From assembly GCA_002347615.1 (NCBI GenBank), contig DDYH01000050.1, positions 12,753 to 76,752 on the forward strand: a DNA stretch of 64,000 nucleotides, given 5' to 3'. Below are positions 34,115-43,527 of this stretch, piece after piece (within the stretch, counting starts at the first letter, position 1; every line of letters starts with the position of its first letter). A program made the position numbers and the translations under genes. The DNA is from Gallionellaceae bacterium UBA2239 (lineage in GTDB: Bacteria > Pseudomonadota > Gammaproteobacteria > Burkholderiales > UBA9220). The notes beneath the pieces were generated by a model, which saw nothing but the letters and a program-made list of their open reading frames with translations, searched no databases and was not told the DNA's origin.

Positions 34115-35800
34115 TCACGGATTCTTGACCTCGGCCTTGGGGCCCAGGTAGTACCACCAGTTCAGCAGCAGGCAGACGGTGTAGAAGATGGCGAAGCCGT
34201 AGAGGGCGTTCTCCGGGGTGGTGGCCTTGATCTGCTCGCCGAACACCTGGGGAATGATGAAGGCGCCGTAGGCCGCCACCGCCGAAGTCCAGCCCAGGGC
34301 GGGACCGGCCTGCTCCTTGGGGAACACCATGGCGATGGTGCGGAAGGTGGAACCGTTGCCGATGCCGGAGGCGGCGAACAACACCAGGAACAGCAGGAAG
34401 AAGGGCATGAAGTACTGTTCCGGCGTGGCCGACTGGTAGGCGGCCTTCATGAAGTAGGCCACGCCCAGCGCCGCGCCCACCATCAGGATGGTGGTGAACT
34501 GGGTCACCTTGGCACCGCCCAGCTTGTCGGCGATCCAGCCGCCGATGGGACGGATCAGAGCGCCGATGAAGGGGCCCATCCAGGCGTACATCAGGGCGCT
34601 GGGGGCGTTGGGGTTGACGGCGGTGTGGGTCAGCAGGCCGTCGGCGCCGGGAAGGTGCTGGAAGCCGAAGATCACCTTGATGGCCAGGGCGAAGGCGGCG
34701 GAGTAGCCGATGAAGCTACCGAAGGTCATGGTGTAGATGACGCTCATCACCCAGGTGTGCTTGTTGCCGAAAATCTTGAACTGGCGCTGCAGGTTGGGCT
34801 TGATGTCGCCGGGGATCAGTTTCATCAGGAACACGGTGGCGGCCAGGATGCCGGCCAGCACGAACCACTTGGCCCAGCCGGGAGCGCCGAGGCCGGTGGG
34901 AGCGGGGAGGATGATGTAGAGGCCGGCGGCGGCGGTGACGAAGCCGATGGCCAGCATCCCGGCGATTTTCATCATGGCCCCTAGAGGCGAGCCGATATGG
35001 GGCGACACCTCGTCGGTGCGGATGTTGTTCATGCCGAACCAGCCAAAGAAAGCCAGGGGAATCAGCAGGAACAGCCAGACGAAGCCGGCATTCTGGATAT
35101 AGGTGAGGGAGCCGGCAGGCGATTTGCCGATCAAGCTGCCGGAAGCCTGCACCAGGGTCATGGGGTCGCCGCCCATGGCACCCAACAGGGGAAACGTCAT
35201 CACCAGGGGCACCAGTATCTGCATGGTGGTCACCCCGGCATTGCCCAGGCCCGCGTTCAGCCCCAGGGCCAAACCCTGCATCCGCTTCGGGAAGAAGAAA
35301 CTGATGTTGGACATGGAGGAGGCGAAATTGCCGCCGCCTAAGCCCGACAGCAGCGCCAGGACCTGGAACATCCACAGGGGCGTGTTCTTGTCCTGCAATG
35401 CGAGGCCGAGGCCCAGGGCCGGAATCATCAGCAAGGCGGTGGTGAAGAAGATGGTGTTGCGGCCGCCGGCGATGCGGATAAAGAAGCTCGAAGGAATGCG
35501 CAGGGTGGCGCCGGCCAAGCCGGAAATGGCCGACAGGGTGAACAGCTCCGCCGGCTTGAAGGGAAAGCCCGCGTTCATCATCTGCACCGTCACCATGCTC
35601 CAGATGATCCACACCGCGAAGCCGGTCAGCAGGCTGGGGATGGAAATCCACAGGTTGCGGTTGGCGACCTTCTTGCCGGTGGTTTCCCAGAAAACACTGT
35701 CTTCCACGTTCCAGGTCTGAATATCGGTGGGCACGCGGCCGCCGTGGGCCACTCCTGCGGCGGCTCCCACCGACCCGCGCTGTTTGCTCTTCGTCGTCAT
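34115..35800 (-). CDS. narK: NarK-type MFS nitrate/nitrite transporter (long form)
   Basis: The ATG at 35800 is preceded by aggagg. It is a polytopic MFS protein with NarK-like signatures (GGNFASSMSNISFFFP and GLNAGLGNAG). Confidence 0.85.
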   Translation of the reverse strand: MTTKSKQRGSVGAAAGVAHGGRVPTDIQTWNVEDSVFWETTGKKVANRNLWISIPSLLTGFAVWIIWSMVTVQMMNAGFPFKPAELFTLSAISGLAGATLRIPSSFFIRIAGGRNTIFFTTALLMIPALGLGLALQDKNTPLWMFQVLALLSGLGGGNFASSMSNISFFFPKRMQGLALGLNAGLGNAGVTTMQILVPLVMTFPLLGAMGGDPMTLVQASGSLIGKSPAGSLTYIQNAGFVWLFLLIPLAFFGWFGMNNIRTDEVSPHIGSPLGAMMKIAGMLAIGFVTAAAGLYIILPAPTGLGAPGWAKWFVLAGILAATVFLMKLIPGDIKPNLQRQFKIFGNKHTWVMSVIYTMTFGSFIGYSAAFALAIKVIFGFQHLPGADGLLTHTAVNPNAPSALMYAWMGPFIGALIRPIGGWIADKLGGAKVTQFTTILMVGAALGVAYFMKAAYQSATPEQYFMPFFLLFLVLFAASGIGNGSTFRTIAMVFPKEQAGPALGWTSAVAAYGAFIIPQVFGEQIKATTPENALYGFAIFYTVCLLLNWWYYLGPKAEVKNP

Positions 35801-35853
35801 GATTTGTGTCCTCCTGTTGCAGTCAATAAACATCGCGCAGCGATTCTTCGTCC

Positions 35854-35916
35854 CCCTCTCCCGTCCCGACGTGGTCACCGCGAAGCGGCGGGTGCCCCGT
35901 CGAGGACGGGAGAGGG
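35854..35916. repeat. REP-like hairpin in the narK-narK spacer
   Basis: ccctctcccgtcc (35854-35866) pairs with ggacgggagaggg (35904-35916). Confidence 0.75.
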
Positions 35917-35933
35917 CAGAGGTGAGGGAAACG

Positions 35934-37196
35934 TCATTCCATGTTGTCCATGATCTTCACCGGACGCCGGCGGATAGCGTCGAGGGGCCGGACCTCGGTG
36001 AAATACATCCACATCAGCGACACCCAGACGATGCCGAACATCAGCATGAAGGCCGAGGAGCGGATGCCGGTGAGGTCCACCAGGGCGCCGAACAGGATGG
36101 GCAGGACGAAGCCCCCCAGCCCCCCGGCCAAGCCCACCACGCCGGAGATGACGCCGATGTTGTGGGGGTAGTCGTCGGAGATGTACTTGAACACCGAGGC
36201 CTTGCCCACGGCCCAGGCCACGCCCATGCTGAACATCAGGACGGTGAAGGGCACCACGGACAGGCCCACGTGGTAGGTCTGGGGACCTTTCACGGTGTGG
36301 ATGGTGAAATCGGTCTGGGGATAGGACAGGAAGAACAGGCACACCAGGGACACCCACAGCACCCACCAGGTCACGGTATGGGCGCCGAACTTGTCCGACA
36401 GCACGCCGCCGATGGCCCGCAAAACGCCGCCGGGCAGGGAAAAAGCCGCCGCCAGCAGCGCCGCCGCCTGGAGGCTGAAGCCGTACTCGGAGACGTAGTA
36501 CTTGGTCATCCACAGGGACAGGGCCACGTAGCCGCCGAAGACGATGGAGTAGTACTGGCTGTACTTCCACACCCTGGGGTCCTTCAGGGCGGCCAGCTGC
36601 TCCTTGATGGTGACCCCGTTGCCCACCTTGTGGTCCGGGTCGTCGTAGGTCATCACCCAGAACAGCACCGCCACGGCGGTCATCATCACCGCGTACACCT
36701 GTGGCACCATGGTCCAGCCGTAGGCCACCACGATGGTGGGCGCCACCAGCTTGGTCACCGCCGCCCCGGCGTTGCCGGCGCCGAAAATGCCCATGGCCGT
36801 CCCCTGCTGGTTTTTGGGGAACCAGCGGGCGCAGTAGGCGATGCCCACGGTGAAGGAGCCCCCCGCCACGCCGACGAACAGGCCGGTCACCAGGAAATGC
36901 CAGAATTGGGTGCCGTAGGAAATGAGGTAGATCGGCACGATGGTGCACAGCATCAGAATGAAAAACACGATGCGCCCGCCGAACTTGTCGGTGAGCATCC
37001 CCAGGGGCAGCCGGATCAGGGAACCGGTCAGCACCGGCGTCGCCACCAATACTCCGAACTCGGTCTCGTTGAGGCCGAGGTTGTTCTTGATCGGGATGCC
37101 GATCACCGCAAACATCATCCACACCATGAAGCACGCCGTGAACGCCAGCGTGCTCATGATGACCACCGACCATGCTTTCTGTTTCTGCGTAGCCAT
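35934..37196 (-). CDS. narK: NarK-type MFS nitrate/nitrite transporter (short form)
   Basis: The ATG at 37196 is preceded by aaggagg. It has 12 predicted TM helices and the motifs GIFGAGNAGAAVT and GGLGGFVLP. It is the first gene of the nar cluster. Confidence 0.85.
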   Translation of the reverse strand: MATQKQKAWSVVIMSTLAFTACFMVWMMFAVIGIPIKNNLGLNETEFGVLVATPVLTGSLIRLPLGMLTDKFGGRIVFFILMLCTIVPIYLISYGTQFWHFLVTGLFVGVAGGSFTVGIAYCARWFPKNQQGTAMGIFGAGNAGAAVTKLVAPTIVVAYGWTMVPQVYAVMMTAVAVLFWVMTYDDPDHKVGNGVTIKEQLAALKDPRVWKYSQYYSIVFGGYVALSLWMTKYYVSEYGFSLQAAALLAAAFSLPGGVLRAIGGVLSDKFGAHTVTWWVLWVSLVCLFFLSYPQTDFTIHTVKGPQTYHVGLSVVPFTVLMFSMGVAWAVGKASVFKYISDDYPHNIGVISGVVGLAGGLGGFVLPILFGALVDLTGIRSSAFMLMFGIVWVSLMWMYFTEVRPLDAIRRRPVKIMDNME

Positions 37197-37325
37197 GTTC
37201 CCCTCCTTTGGAGTAGTGTTCTGACCCACGCCGCAAGATTAGGCCCGCGCACCCCTGAAACCCATTCTCACGAAGTACGGTTGGGGCGCGGCAAAAGGGG
37301 GATGGAAGGTCGGCTGGAGGGGGGA

Positions 37326-37363
37326 GGAAGGGACTAGTTCTTCGGGGGAAGGGGTAGTTCTTT
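37326..37363. promoter_or_regulatory. Two 17-nt direct repeats spaced 21 nt apart, upstream of the nar cluster (candidate regulator binding sites)
   Basis: ggaagggactagttctt (37326-37342) and ggaaggggtagttcttt (37347-37363). On the nar coding strand the second contains TACCCCT, which fits the NarL heptamer TACYYMT. Confidence 0.3.
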
Positions 37364-37513
37364 TGGCTAGGAGGGGTGACGAGTTAGGATATTGTGCGGG
37401 GAAGGGAACATCGCTTTTGCGCCCATATTTTGGGAATCCGTGGACTCACCTTCCCCCGAAAAATCGTCTTCCAACGGTGACATAAAATCGCAGTCACCTT
37501 GGAAAGGAAGAAG

Positions 37514-37800
37514 ATGAAGATACCGAAGCAGGAATACACGCCCGAGTTCCGGGAATTGGCCGTCAAGCGGGGGAAGGCTGGTCAAACGGTCGGCGCAATC
37601 GCTTGCTGGGATTGGTCGAACAGACACGGCGCAACGGGGTCAAGGCGGCGGATGCGGGGAAGTTGAATGTTGCGGGCGGCAAGGTTGTGACGCCGGAGCC
37701 GATGGAGTTATCCCGGCTGCGGGCCGGAAACATCCGGCTGAAACGGGAGTGCGAAATCCTAAAAAAAGCGACGGCGTACTTCGCGACAGAGGTGCAGTGA
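37514..37800 (+). pseudogene. IS3-family transposase orfA, interrupted by a frameshift
   Basis: MKIPKQEYTPEFRELAVKRGKAGQTVGAIA is in one frame and hits a stop at ~37663. The rest (LLGLVEQTRRNGVKAADAGKL...RLKRECEILKKATAYF) continues in another frame from ~37603. Confidence 0.7.
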
Positions 37801-38687
37801 AGTACGCCTGGATTGACGCCCAGCGCGGGGAGTACGGCGTGGATGAGATGTGCCGGGTGCCGGATGTCAGCGAGAGCGGCTACCGGTCGTGGAAGAACGG
37901 CGGCAAGCCACAACGGAAGCGGCTGACCGGTGCGCGGATGCTGGCGCTGATCCGAGCCATCCATGCGGAGTTCAAAGGGGCATATGGCAGCCCGCGCATG
38001 GTCAGGGAGTTGCGCTTGCGCGGCTTCCCGGCCAGCCAGGATCGTGCTGAACGGCTGATGCCGGAGAATGGCATCAAGGCCAAGCACAAGCGCCGCTTCA
38101 AGGTCACGACCGACTCGACGCGCAACCTGCCGATTGCCGCGAACCTGCTGGGTCGGAACGTTACGCCGGATGCGCCCAATCAGGTCTGGACCTCCGACAT
38201 CACCTATCTGTGGACGGACGAGGGCTGGCTGTACCTGGCGATCGTGATCGACCTGTTCAACCGTGAAGTGGTGGGCTGGTCACTGAAGCCGCGCATGACG
38301 GCGGACATTGCGACCGACGCGCTGACCATGGCCTGGTTCCGCCGCAAACCGGCGGCCGGCCTGATCCATCACTCGGATCGCGGCAGCCAGTATGCCAGCC
38401 ACGCCTTCCAGGCCAAGCTCGCCGAATACGGCATGCTCTGCTCGATGAGTCGCAAGGGTAACTGCTGGGATAACGCCCCGGCAGAAAGTTGGTTCGGCAG
38501 CTTCAACAACGAGCGGGTGCATGGCGAGCGATTCGAGACGCGGGACGAGGTGATCGCCATGGCGTTTGAGTACATCGAGGTGTTTTATAACCGGAAGCGG
38601 CTACACTCGACGCTCGGATACAAGTCACCTGAACGATTCCTGGACGACTGGCTTAACGGTCAGTCCCCGGAAAAACTGGTAGCATGA
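37749..38687 (+). CDS. IS3-family transposase orfB (DDE/rve integrase domain)
   Basis: Contains WTSDITYLWTDEGWLYLAIVIDLFNREVVGW, HHSDRGSQYAS and CWDNAPAESWF. It would normally be made as an OrfAB fusion by a -1 frameshift. Confidence 0.85.
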   Translation: MRNPKKSDGVLRDRGAVKYAWIDAQRGEYGVDEMCRVPDVSESGYRSWKNGGKPQRKRLTGARMLALIRAIHAEFKGAYGSPRMVRELRLRGFPASQDRAERLMPENGIKAKHKRRFKVTTDSTRNLPIAANLLGRNVTPDAPNQVWTSDITYLWTDEGWLYLAIVIDLFNREVVGWSLKPRMTADIATDALTMAWFRRKPAAGLIHHSDRGSQYASHAFQAKLAEYGMLCSMSRKGNCWDNAPAESWFGSFNNERVHGERFETRDEVIAMAFEYIEVFYNRKRLHSTLGYKSPERFLDDWLNGQSPEKLVA

Positions 38688-38744
38688 ACCCGTCCCTTGG
38701 AAGACGAAAAACCGGGGGAAGGTCACTGTAGTGAACACGCAAAT

Positions 38745-40235
38745 CTAGACCGCGCATCCCACTTCCCCCGCCCCATCCTTGTACACCCGATCCAACGCCC
38801 TCCCCTCCGCATCCAGGATTTCCACCATCAACGGCATCTTCCCCACCGCATGGGTCGCGCAAGACAAGCACGGATCAAACGCCCGAATCGCCACCTCGAT
38901 ATGATTCAGCAGAGGCTCCGTAACGGTATGCCCATCCAGATACTGCTTCGCCACCTGCCGCACCGCCTCGTTCATCGCGTGGTTGTTGCTGGTGGTGGAA
39001 ACGATCAGGTTGGCCATGGTGACCTGGTCGTTCTCGTCGATGCGGTAGTGGTGGAACAGGGTGCCCCGGGGGGCTTCCAGCACGCCTACGCCTTCCAGGG
39101 CTTTTTCGCCTTTGACCATCAGGTCGTTGCCGGAAACATCGTCGTCGTGGAGCAGGTCCTTGATGGTTTCGGCGGCGTGGAGCATTTCGATCATCCGCGC
39201 CCAGTGGTAGGCCAAGGGCGAGTGGATGGGGAAGCCGTGGCCGTAGGCGACGAAGTCGCGGCGCTCGGTTTCGGCCAGGGGGGTGTCGATGAAGTCGCAG
39301 TTGTTGATGCGGGCCAGGGGGCCCACCTTGTACCAGCCGTCCTGGGTGCCCTTGCTGATGATGAAGGGGAACTTCATGTAGGACCAGCTCTTCACTTCCT
39401 CGTTGATGTAGTCGCTGTAGTGGCTGTAGTCCACATGGTCGAAGATGGTTTCGCCGGTTTCGGTCCTCGCCCGCAGGCCGCCGTGGTAGAGGTCCAGGGC
39501 GCCGTCGGCGCGGATGAGGCCCAGCATGTTGGAGCGGAAATAGCCGAACTGGGTGTTGCGCTCCATGTCGTCGGTGTAGAGCTTTTTCGCCAGGTGCACG
39601 GCGTCACGGCTCCAGGCCACCATGTGGTAGATGTCCTTGAGCAGGATTTCCCGCTCTTCCCTCGACAGGTTCTTGTTCATGCCGCCGGGGATGGCGCCGG
39701 TGCCGTGGACCCGCTTGCCGGCGGTGAGGCGGATCACTTCCTGGCCAAACTTGCGCAGCAGGACGCCCTGCTTGGCGATCTCCGGATACGCCTCCACCAC
39801 GGCGACGATGTTGCGCTTGGCGATGTCGCTGTCGAAGCCGAACAGCAGGTCCGGCGAAGCCAGGTGGAAGAAGTGCAGGGCGTGGGATTGCAGCATCTGG
39901 CCGTAGTGCATCAGGCGGCGCAGTTTCTCCGCCGTGGGGGTGAGCTGCTTGGCGCCCACGATCACGTCCATGGCCTTGGCCGCCACCAGGTGGTGGGACA
40001 CCGGGCAGATGCCGCACAGGCGCTGCACCATCACCGGCACTTCCCAGTAGGGGCGGCCCTGGATGAAGCGCTCGAAGCCGCGGAATTCGACGATGTGCAG
40101 GCGCACCTGATGCACCCGGTCCTCATCGTCCAGCAGGATGGTGACCTTGCCGTGGCCTTCCACCCGGGAGACGGGCTCGATCACCACGCGCTTGAGTTTT
40201 TCGGGTTCCTTGGCGGTTTCCAGTTCGAATGTCAT
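38745..40235 (-). CDS. hoxH: NAD-reducing [NiFe] hydrogenase large subunit
   Basis: The ATG at 40235 is preceded by aggaaa. Motifs are RVEGHGK, QRLCGICPVSHH and a C-terminal DPCLSCATH followed by an extension (AVGKMPLMVEIL...). Confidence 0.9.
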   Translation of the reverse strand: MTFELETAKEPEKLKRVVIEPVSRVEGHGKVTILLDDEDRVHQVRLHIVEFRGFERFIQGRPYWEVPVMVQRLCGICPVSHHLVAAKAMDVIVGAKQLTPTAEKLRRLMHYGQMLQSHALHFFHLASPDLLFGFDSDIAKRNIVAVVEAYPEIAKQGVLLRKFGQEVIRLTAGKRVHGTGAIPGGMNKNLSREEREILLKDIYHMVAWSRDAVHLAKKLYTDDMERNTQFGYFRSNMLGLIRADGALDLYHGGLRARTETGETIFDHVDYSHYSDYINEEVKSWSYMKFPFIISKGTQDGWYKVGPLARINNCDFIDTPLAETERRDFVAYGHGFPIHSPLAYHWARMIEMLHAAETIKDLLHDDDVSGNDLMVKGEKALEGVGVLEAPRGTLFHHYRIDENDQVTMANLIVSTTSNNHAMNEAVRQVAKQYLDGHTVTEPLLNHIEVAIRAFDPCLSCATHAVGKMPLMVEILDAEGRALDRVYKDGAGEVGCAV

Positions 40236-40260
40236 GGGGTTTTTTCCTGATTTTATTTTC

Positions 40261-40329
40261 GCCGCCAAGACGCCAAGAGCGCCAAGTTATTTTGAGAAGA
40301 TTTCTTGGCGCTCTTGGCGTCTTGGCGGC
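40261..40329. repeat. Perfect 26-nt inverted repeat (REP-like) in the hoxY-hoxH spacer
   Basis: gccgccaagacgccaagagcgccaag (40261-40286) and cttggcgctcttggcgtcttggcggc (40304-40329). Confidence 0.85.
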
Positions 40330-40336
40330 TAAGAAT

Positions 40337-40966
40337 TTAGTCGTAATGTAAGGTCTCGTATTCCAGCTTGGGTTCCCTGCCCGCCAGGAGGTCGGTGAGG
40401 AACTTCCAGATGGCGTCCGCCGAGGGCGGGCAGCCGGGGAGGAAATAATCCACCTTCACCACCTCGGCGATGGGGTGCACTTGGTCGAAGGGCAGGGGCA
40501 GTTCCGGGTCGTTGGGAATCATGCCGTTCTTGAGGCCGATGCCGTAGTGGTACACCTCCTGGAAGCATTCCCACAGGTCGATGTTGTTGCGCACCGTGGG
40601 CACGCCGCCGTTCACCGAGCAGGCGCCGATGGCCACCAGCACCTTGCAGTTCTTGCGGAACTCCTTCAGCACGTGGACGTTCTCGGAGTTGCACACCCCG
40701 CCCTCGATGATGCCCACGTCGCAGGGGCCGCAGTGCTTGATGTCGGTGAGGGGGGTGCGGTCGAATTCGATCAGCTTCAGCAAATCCAGTATCCGCTCGT
40801 CGATGTCCAGGAAGGAGGTGTGGCAGCCGAAGCAGCCGGCCAGGGAACAGGTGGCGACGCGGATTTTCCGTTTTTCCTCCGCCGGGGCCAGGATCACCGG
40901 GCCGGCGTCGGGCAGGGCGCAGGCGGTGCCGGCGGCTTCGGTGGTGAGCAGGGGTTTTTGGCTCAT
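40337..40966 (-). CDS. hoxY: NAD-reducing [NiFe] hydrogenase small subunit
   Basis: Contains VATCSLAGCFGCHTSFLD and DYFLPGCPP. The start ATG overlaps the hoxU stop (ATGA). Confidence 0.85.
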   Translation of the reverse strand: MSQKPLLTTEAAGTACALPDAGPVILAPAEEKRKIRVATCSLAGCFGCHTSFLDIDERILDLLKLIEFDRTPLTDIKHCGPCDVGIIEGGVCNSENVHVLKEFRKNCKVLVAIGACSVNGGVPTVRNNIDLWECFQEVYHYGIGLKNGMIPNDPELPLPFDQVHPIAEVVKVDYFLPGCPPSADAIWKFLTDLLAGREPKLEYETLHYD

Positions 40967-41673
40967 TTTCCGGCCTCCTCCATGTGCACGTCCTTGATCG
41001 TCTTGTGGTCGTAGGTGCGCTGGCCGATGGGCACCTCGAAGCCGTGGCGCTTCTTGAGGATGGCCCCCACCGGGCAGACGTCGGCGGCCCGGTCGGTGAC
41101 CGCCATGTCGGTGTCCCCCAGCCGGCCGCTGGCCGAGTTCACCGTGATGCGGGTGTGGGGGCCCCGGCCGGTGACGCCGAACACGTTCTTGCCGTCCACG
41201 TCCCGGCTGGCGCGGACGCACAGCTCGCACAGGATGCAGCGGTTGAGGTCCAGCAGGATGTCGGGATGGGAGGCGTCCACGTCCCGGGGCGGGTAGAACT
41301 GGTCGTAATGGGGGTCCATCATGCCGAGGAAGTAGCCCATGGCCTGGAGCTGGCAGTTGCCGCTTTTCTCGCAGAAGGGGCAGACGTGGTTGCCCTCCAC
41401 GAACAGCATCTGGGTCAGGGCGCGGCGGTTGGCGTTGAGCTCCTCGGTGTCGTTCTGCACCACCATGCCGGGGGCGGCGGGCATGGTGCAGGAGGCGGCG
41501 TTGCGGCCGTTGACCGTCACCGTGCACAGCTTGCAGCTGCCGTGGGGGGTGAATTCCGGGTTGTGGCACAAATGGGGGATGTACACCCCCGCCGCCATGG
41601 CCGCTTCCATGATGGTCTGGCCGGGGGCGAAGGGAACGGCCTGGCCGTCGATGGTGATGGTGTTGTCGCTCAT
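40963..41673 (-). CDS. hoxU: Hydrogenase diaphorase Fe-S subunit (NuoG-like)
   Basis: 2Fe-2S motif HGSCKLCTV and 4Fe-4S motifs (CPFCEKSGNCQLQ and CILCELCVRAS). Confidence 0.85.
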   Translation of the reverse strand: MSDNTITIDGQAVPFAPGQTIMEAAMAAGVYIPHLCHNPEFTPHGSCKLCTVTVNGRNAASCTMPAAPGMVVQNDTEELNANRRALTQMLFVEGNHVCPFCEKSGNCQLQAMGYFLGMMDPHYDQFYPPRDVDASHPDILLDLNRCILCELCVRASRDVDGKNVFGVTGRGPHTRITVNSASGRLGDTDMAVTDRAADVCPVGAILKKRHGFEVPIGQRTYDHKTIKDVHMEEAGK

Positions 41674-41682
41674 TGCCTCTCC

Positions 41683-43527
41683 TCAATCCGCGCTGATGTG
41701 GGCCCAGGCGTCGTCCCGGCCGGTGATCTTGCGCGCCGTTTCCAGGGCCTTGTCCAGGTCGAAGCTGGGTTCGAATTCCTTGGAGCGCAGGCGCTTGTCG
41801 TAGTGGTCCCAGAATTTTTCCAGGGTCTGCATCACCGGGTTGGCGGCGGTCTGCCCCAGGCCGCAGTGGCTCATGGTGCGGGTCAGGTGGCCGAGGCGCT
41901 TGAGTTCCTCCACGTCGGCGCAGGTGCCGTGGCCGGAAGCGATCTTGTCCATGCCCTTGGCGATGAGGCGGCTGCCCACCCGGCAGGGGGTGCAGAAGCC
42001 GCAGCTCTCGTGGGCGAAGAAATGGGCGAAGTTGCGCGCCGCCTCGAACACGTCCCGCCCCTGGCCGAACACCATCATGGAGCCGCCGGTGGCCAGGTCC
42101 TCGAAGGCGATTTTGCGGTCGAATTCGGCCTCGCCGATGATGGTGCCCGACGGCCCGCCCACCTGCACCGCGTGGATGTCCTTGGCGCCGCAGTCGGCCA
42201 GCACCTGGCGCACGGTGACGCCGAAGGGGTATTCGTACACCCCCGGCCGCTCGCAGTCACCGGAGATGGACAGGACCTTGGTGCCGGTGGACTGGGCCGT
42301 GCCGATCTGGGCGAACCACTCCCCGCCCTTGGCCGCCACCTTCGCCGCCGAGGCATAGGTTTCCACGTTGTTGACCACCGTGGGCTTGCCCAGGTAGCCG
42401 TGGGTGACGGGGAAGGGAGGACGGTTGCGGGGGGTGCCCCGCTTGCCTTCCAGGGACTCGATCAGGGCCGATTCCTCGCCGCAGATGTAGGCCCCGGCGC
42501 CCAGGTGGATGGCGATGTCGAAACTGAAGTCGGTGCCCAGGATGCGCTCCCCCAGCAGGCCGTCCCGGCGGCGCTGCTCCAGGATGCCGTTGAGCTTGTC
42601 CAGCAGGTAACGGTATTCCCCCCGCAGGTAGAGGAAACCCTGCCTGGCGCCGATGACCCGGGCCGCCACGGTCATGCCCTCGAACACCAGGTCGGCGTAA
42701 CTGTTGAGCAGCACCCGGTCCTTGAAGGTGCCGGGCTCGCCCTCGTCGGCATTGCATACCACGTAGCGCACGGTGGCGGCGGTATTGTCGCAGATCGTGC
42801 CGCCCACCTCCTGGCATTCCGCGCCGGTATCCACCGCCTTGCGGCAGAAGTCCCATTTGACGGCGGTCTTGAAGCCGGCGCCGCCCCGGCCCCGCAGGCC
42901 GGACTTGTCGATTTCCGCCAGCATGCCGTCGGCGCCCTTCTCCAGCACGGCGCGGACGCCCGCGCCCCGCTCCAGGGGCTCGCCCAGCAGGGCATCGGCC
43001 CGGCGGAGGTTGTCCGCCACCTGGAAGAACTCGGCGGGCCATTCGGCCGGGGGCTTGCCAGCCTTCACCAAGTCCACCAGGGCGGTGACCCGCTCCATGG
43101 TCAGGCGGGTCACCGGCAGGCCGTTCACCAGGGCCGCCGGACCCTGGTCGCTCATGCCGATGCAGGAGGTGCTGCCCACCCGCACCATGCCGTCCTCGGA
43201 CACCCGCTCCGGCTCCACCCACAACTGGGTGCATATATAGTTCAGCAGCTCCTGCTTGCCCTGGAAGTGCTCGATGATGTTGTCGCTGAACAGGATGTCA
43301 TAGCGGCCGTGGGGGCGGTCGTGGAAGAAATGGTAGAAGCCCCGCACCCCTGCCACCTTCACCGGGGGAATGCCCAGGACGCGGGCAACCTGGTCCACGG
43401 CCTGCTCCGGAATATGGCCCAGCTGGTTCTGGACGTCGTGCAGAATCTGCACCAGGTTGGCGGCATCGTGGCTGTGGCGGGCGACAGCGGCTTGGACGGC
43501 GGACGGGATGGTGTCGTTTTCCGGCAT
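41683..43527 (-). CDS. hoxF: Hydrogenase diaphorase NAD/FMN subunit (fused NuoE-like plus NuoF-like)
   Basis: Contains GLRGRGGAGFKTAVKW, VVCNADEGEPGTFKDR and ESCGFCTPCRVG. The N-terminal part is thioredoxin-like NuoE-type. Confidence 0.9.
   Translation of the reverse strand: MPENDTIPSAVQAAVARHSHDAANLVQILHDVQNQLGHIPEQAVDQVARVLGIPPVKVAGVRGFYHFFHDRPHGRYDILFSDNIIEHFQGKQELLNYICTQLWVEPERVSEDGMVRVGSTSCIGMSDQGPAALVNGLPVTRLTMERVTALVDLVKAGKPPAEWPAEFFQVADNLRRADALLGEPLERGAGVRAVLEKGADGMLAEIDKSGLRGRGGAGFKTAVKWDFCRKAVDTGAECQEVGGTICDNTAATVRYVVCNADEGEPGTFKDRVLLNSYADLVFEGMTVAARVIGARQGFLYLRGEYRYLLDKLNGILEQRRRDGLLGERILGTDFSFDIAIHLGAGAYICGEESALIESLEGKRGTPRNRPPFPVTHGYLGKPTVVNNVETYASAAKVAAKGGEWFAQIGTAQSTGTKVLSISGDCERPGVYEYPFGVTVRQVLADCGAKDIHAVQVGGPSGTIIGEAEFDRKIAFEDLATGGSMMVFGQGRDVFEAARNFAHFFAHESCGFCTPCRVGSRLIAKGMDKIASGHGTCADVEELKRLGHLTRTMSHCGLGQTAANPVMQTLEKFWDHYDKRLRSKEFEPSFDLDKALETARKITGRDDAWAHISAD

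Larger units (their letters stand above)
37441..38731 (+). mobile_element. IS3-family insertion sequence (ends approximate)
   Basis: orfA/orfB organisation with an A7G slippery site (37761-37768). Imperfect terminal inverted repeats are t(c/g)accttcccccg(aaaaa/ttttt)tcgtcttccaa at ~37446-37475 and ~38696-38725. I could not identify target-site duplications. Confidence 0.8.

Noticed and set aside
37197-37440. A search for an FNR/ANR box upstream of narK.
   Set aside because: The only candidate, TTGCGgcgtGGGTCA, is weak and matches too few positions of TTGAT-N4-ATCAA. The site may lie beyond the IS insertion point.
37367-38087. Minus-strand ORFs (86 aa and 174 aa) crossing the left end of the IS.
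   Set aside because: They run antisense to IS3 orfA and across the IS boundary. They have no motifs, and their existence would depend on the insertion itself.
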